In this document: one piece after another, positions 60,983-64,000 of the stretch
How positions within the stretch are numbered: position 1 is the first letter of the stretch
Layout: each line of letters starts with the position of its first letter
Assembly (NCBI GenBank): GCA_022825385.1
Contig: JAJDWX010000012.1
Location: 17,122-81,121, forward strand
DNA from: Rhodothermales bacterium
GTDB taxonomy: Bacteria > Bacteroidota > Rhodothermia > Rhodothermales > VXPQ01
Direction of reading: 5' to 3'
DNA length: 64,000 nt
Notes under the pieces: generated by a model
The model's input: the letters and a program-made list of their open reading frames with translations, nothing else
Databases searched by the model: none
What the model was told of the DNA's origin: nothing
Made by a program: the position numbers and the translations under genes

Positions 60983-61362
60983 CGCCTTTTTCCTCGCTTG
61001 TTGCGCTGTTTCCCTTTCCCTGTCGGCGGCGGGCCGTACCCCGGCGCGCCGCCGACAGGTTTTTTTTATGCCCTTGCGCCGCGCCAAACCCGGCGCCAGG
61101 CCATGCGCCAGGCCCGCCGCCAGCCCAAAAGCGCGGCCTTCCTGTCCCGGACTTTCCCTTCCGCGGACCGCCGCAATGCGACCGAAACGCGAAGAATCCG
61201 CCCGATCCAGGCCAAAAAACCCCGGAATTGGATGAATATTTAACAAAAATAGCCCTACCGGCCTAAAAAATCTTAAAAAAGTTGATAAAAAAGATAATTT
61301 ATATTATTTTTTTCTGTGTTAGCAGTAAAAAACCTAATTTTTTAACAAAAACGACCTTCGTC

Positions 61363-62706
61363 ATGCGCTTTCTCCTTTGCCTCCTTGCGCTTCCCGCCCT
61401 TGCCCTGGCCGAACCCGCGTTTGCCCAGGACGCCGCTGCGGAATCCGCGCTCTCCGGCGCCGATACGGCGTGGATGCTCATCTCCACCGCCCTTGTTCTG
61501 TTGATGACGCCGGCCCTCGCCTTCTTCTACGGCGGGCTTGTTCGCTCCAAAAACACGCTCAACACCATGATGATGAGCTTTATTTCCCTTGGGGTGGCCG
61601 GCGTGCTCTGGGCCATGTTCGGCTATTCGCTGGCCTTCGGGGACGGCAACAAATGGATCGGGGACTTCTCGATGGCTTTCCTGAGCGGCGTGGGCCTGGA
61701 CACCGACGGCGGCAGCATCCCCTCGCTGCTTTTTATGGCGTTCCAGGGCACCTTTTTCATCATTACCGCCGCGCTGATTTCCGGCGCCGTGGTGGAACGG
61801 ATGCGCTTCAAGGCGTACCTGATCTTCATCTCGCTATGGGCCCTGCTCGTCTACGCGCCGGTATGTCACTGGGTATGGAGCGGAAACGCCTGGTTGGGGG
61901 ATTTGGGCGCGCTCGACTTCGCAGGCGGCGCCGTGGTGCACATCAACGCAGGCGTAGCGGCCGTGGTGGCGGCGCTCGTGCTGGGCGCGCGCAAGGATTA
62001 CGGCAGACAAGCCATCATACCGCATAACGTGCCTTTCGTCCTGCTGGGGGCGGGACTCCTCTGGTTCGGCTGGTTCGGGTTCAACGGGGGCAGCGCCCTG
62101 GCCGCAGACGGCATCGCGGCGCTCGCGCTGGTAAACACCATGCTGGCGCCCGCAGCCACGCTCACCATGTGGACCATTCTTGACATAGGCCGGACCGGCA
62201 AGGTTACGGCCGTAGGCGCCGCAACCGCCATCGTGGTGGGCCTGGTGGCCGTCACGCCCGCCGCCGGATTCGTTTCGCCGATCTCCTCGGTGCTGATCGG
62301 CGCCATTACGGCCTTGCCGTGCTATTTCGCCATTCAATGGCGGGCGCGCACGCGGCTGGACGATTCCCTCGACGTATTCGCCGCCCACGGGCTTGGCGGC
62401 ATTATGGGCGCCCTGCTGACGGGCGTATTCGCGGAAAGCGCATGGAACGGCGGATCAGACGGGCTCCTGTTCGGCAATCCGGGCCAGTTGGGCATCCAGG
62501 CCCTCTCCGTGGTGGCCGTCATGGCGTACAGCGGCCTGGTTACGTTCGTTATCCTCAAGGTAATAGGCCTCGTCACCTCGCTGCGTCCCGGCATTCCGCA
62601 CGAAGGCATGGGCCTGGATATCGTGAGCCACGGCGAAGAAGCCTACTCCGACGGCGAAGGCATCGTGCTGCTGCTCGACGAGGACGCGCGGTCTTCCGCG
62701 GCATAG
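61363..62706 (+). CDS. amt: Ammonium transporter (Amt family)
   Basis: The start is chosen at MRFLLCLLALPALALA (signal peptide). Family segments are DFAGGAVVHINAGVAAVV and WFGWFGFNGGS. Confidence 0.9.
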   Translation: MRFLLCLLALPALALAEPAFAQDAAAESALSGADTAWMLISTALVLLMTPALAFFYGGLVRSKNTLNTMMMSFISLGVAGVLWAMFGYSLAFGDGNKWIGDFSMAFLSGVGLDTDGGSIPSLLFMAFQGTFFIITAALISGAVVERMRFKAYLIFISLWALLVYAPVCHWVWSGNAWLGDLGALDFAGGAVVHINAGVAAVVAALVLGARKDYGRQAIIPHNVPFVLLGAGLLWFGWFGFNGGSALAADGIAALALVNTMLAPAATLTMWTILDIGRTGKVTAVGAATAIVVGLVAVTPAAGFVSPISSVLIGAITALPCYFAIQWRARTRLDDSLDVFAAHGLGGIMGALLTGVFAESAWNGGSDGLLFGNPGQLGIQALSVVAVMAYSGLVTFVILKVIGLVTSLRPGIPHEGMGLDIVSHGEEAYSDGEGIVLLLDEDARSSAA

Positions 62707-62754
62707 CCAAACCCCCTCCTTATCATTCATCATCTACCCTTTGAGGTACTTGCC

Positions 62755-63120
62755 ATGAAATTAGTCAGAGCAATCATTCGGCCCGAAAAACTCACCGACG
62801 TGCTCACCGCGTTGTTCCAGGCGGAAATCACCGGCCTTACGGTTACGCGCGTTCGCGGCCACGGCGGCGAAACGGAAATCGTGGAAACCTACCGGGGCAC
62901 CACGGCCAAAAAAGAGCTCACCGAGAAAATCATGCTGGACATCGGCGTCTCGGATCCGGTGCTCGACACAGCCATCGAAACCCTGCTCGCCGCGGCGCGG
63001 ACGGGCGAAGTGGGCGACGGAAAAGTCTTCGTGCTTCCGGTAGAAAAAATCTACCGCATCCGCACGGGCGAAGAAGACGTATCCGCCGTTACGCCCATAG
63101 CGGCCGAGGCAAGCGCATAA
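62755..63120 (+). CDS. glnK: P-II nitrogen regulatory protein
   Basis: MKLVRAIIRPEKL...GLTVTRVRGHGGE...GDGKVFVLPVEKIYRIRTGE. The gene sits immediately downstream of amt. Confidence 0.9.
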   Translation: MKLVRAIIRPEKLTDVLTALFQAEITGLTVTRVRGHGGETEIVETYRGTTAKKELTEKIMLDIGVSDPVLDTAIETLLAAARTGEVGDGKVFVLPVEKIYRIRTGEEDVSAVTPIAAEASA

Positions 63121-63156
63121 GCCCGGCGCGCGTCTTTCCTCCCCTGTCGCAAGGCC

Positions 63157-63209
63157 GTACGCCCCTGTACCGGGAAGTCTCTCCAGAGCAACCCGGCGCA
63201 GGGGCGTAC
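63157..63209 (+). terminator. Long GC-rich hairpin downstream of glnK; possible terminator
   Basis: An 11-bp perfect inverted repeat, gtacgcccctg ... caggggcgtac, with an inner ccggg/cccgg pair. Only a weak T-run follows. Confidence 0.4.
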
Positions 63210-63322
63210 TTATGTGAAAAAACTGGATTTAACGGCTGCGCAAGCCGTTTCTTTCGAGCAAGCGGCCCCTGTGGACGGCAAAAAGCCCTGGTCCGGCGGC
63301 CCGCGCGCGCTGGAGAGGAAGC

Positions 63323-63385
63323 GATATTTTGTTTTATTACATAAACATTTATTTTTTAGTTATTTATACGAAAAAATAAATGTAC
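63323..63385. other. AT-rich tract; candidate DNA-unwinding element of oriC
   Basis: The sequence gatattttgttttattacataaacatttattttttagttatttatacgaaaaaataaatgtac lies in an otherwise GC-rich genome, 280 bp upstream of dnaA. Confidence 0.45.
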
Positions 63386-63483
63386 GGACAAGGGCAAGCG
63401 AACGGCCATGGAACGTCCGGCGCGCAAAGCGCTTCGGCCAAGCCGAACGAAAACAGGCGCCTGCGAACAGCCTCACAGGTAAA

Positions 63484-63492
63484 TGTGGATAA
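63484..63492 (-). promoter_or_regulatory. Perfect DnaA box (TTATCCACA on the minus strand)
   Basis: tgtggataa is read directly. A 2-mismatch box, cgtggacaa, follows at 63495-63503. Confidence 0.6.
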
Positions 63493-63662
63493 CTCGTGGA
63501 CAAGTCTTTTTGGCCGTGTATTCTTTGTTAGAAAATTGTAACGAATTGTACTTGCAATCCGTGGCGGGCAAGCATAAAATGTCTGGTAACGAAATGGGCC
63601 TCCATGTTCTGCCTTACCCCCACCGGTTCTTGCCTCGAACCGCCACCCTCTTGATATAGTAC

Positions 63663-64000
63663 ATGCCTTCCGCCACCGCCGAAAAAACGTGGGAAACCTG
63701 TCTCACTCAAATTTCCAACCAAATATCCAAGCAGTCCTTTCGCACCTGGTTTGCTCCGATCCGCTTGATCAATCTGGAGGAAAACCAGGAGACTGCGCGG
63801 CTTCGTTTGGCTGTCCCCAACGCCTTCCACACCGAATGGCTGGAATCTCATTACGCGACGGTCGTCAGGAAAACCGCCGCAGAAGTCATCGGGCGGCAGA
63901 CCAACGTCGCCTACGAGGTCGCCCCGGACGTCGCGGCGGAGGAGAACCAGGACGAACCGGCCGTCTTGCCGCTCGAACCGGTGCGTCAGAACAGAGAATA
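63663..64000 (+). CDS. dnaA: Chromosomal replication initiator DnaA, N-terminal part (runs off the window end)
   Basis: Absent from the ORF track because no stop lies within the window. Hand translation gives MPSATAEKTWETCLTQISNQISKQSFRTWFAPIRLINLEEN...LAVPNAFHTEWLESHYATVV, which matches DnaA domain I. Confidence 0.85.
   Translation, partial: MPSATAEKTWETCLTQISNQISKQSFRTWFAPIRLINLEENQETARLRLAVPNAFHTEWLESHYATVVRKTAAEVIGRQTNVAYEVAPDVAAEENQDEPAVLPLEPVRQNRE

Noticed and set aside
63214-63492. A 92-aa ORF between glnK and dnaA.
   Set aside because: It spans the AT-rich tract and ends in the DnaA box. It has no motifs, and its position is better explained as oriC or non-coding DNA.

Overview
This is a 64-kb chromosomal segment from a GC-rich bacterium. 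Gene content suggests a Rhodothermota/Bacteroidota-like organism: a CarboxypepD_reg-type TonB receptor, an archaeal-type ProRS and a large CcmF. That assignment is inference only. All calls come from reading the supplied ORF translations and the DNA by eye; no searches or computations were run.

The window has two parts.

(1) Bases 1 to about 23,400 are a compositionally mosaic accessory or defence island. No integrase or transposase is visible. In order it contains:
- An SNF2 helicase, a beta-class DNA methyltransferase and a Res-like helicase-nuclease. The methyltransferase carries an in-frame (GA)21 tract and a low-GC central TRD-like segment.
- A very AT-rich Doc/Fic gene.
- A PLD-family nuclease.
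- A translationally coupled operon of RHH, a 32-codon ORF and an XRE regulator.
- An OLD-family ATPase/TOPRIM nuclease.
- A translationally coupled three-gene operon of uncharacterised proteins.
- A 771-aa GTPase-like P-loop protein.
- A module of minimal nucleotidyltransferase, HTH-ImmA/IrrE protease, Beta-protein (sce7725-like) and a PD-(D/E)xK sce7726-like protein.

Two non-coding signals run through this island. One is a diverged pair of roughly 160-nt elements with compensatory changes in two hairpins, which I read as a candidate structured RNA on the minus strand. The other is a roughly 40-nt promoter/operator-like motif present three times in front of different minus-strand units.

(2) Bases 23,500 to 64,000 are core genome:
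- The ArsS radical-SAM pair and an ABC exporter.
- A Tro/Mnt/Znu-type metal ABC importer, CcmF, a TonB receptor and proS.
- A repeat-rich lipoprotein and an outer-membrane barrel protein.
- A small two-gene ATPase plus partner islet.
- A squalene/phytoene-synthase-like gene, an RND efflux operon, a sodium:solute symporter and aspS.
- tRNA-Lys and tRNA-Leu.
- A JAMM plus Ubl-E1-rhodanese pair, amt-glnK, and then an oriC-like region with the start of dnaA.

Many long ORFs in the GC-rich part of the track are antisense or off-frame artefacts and were not called.
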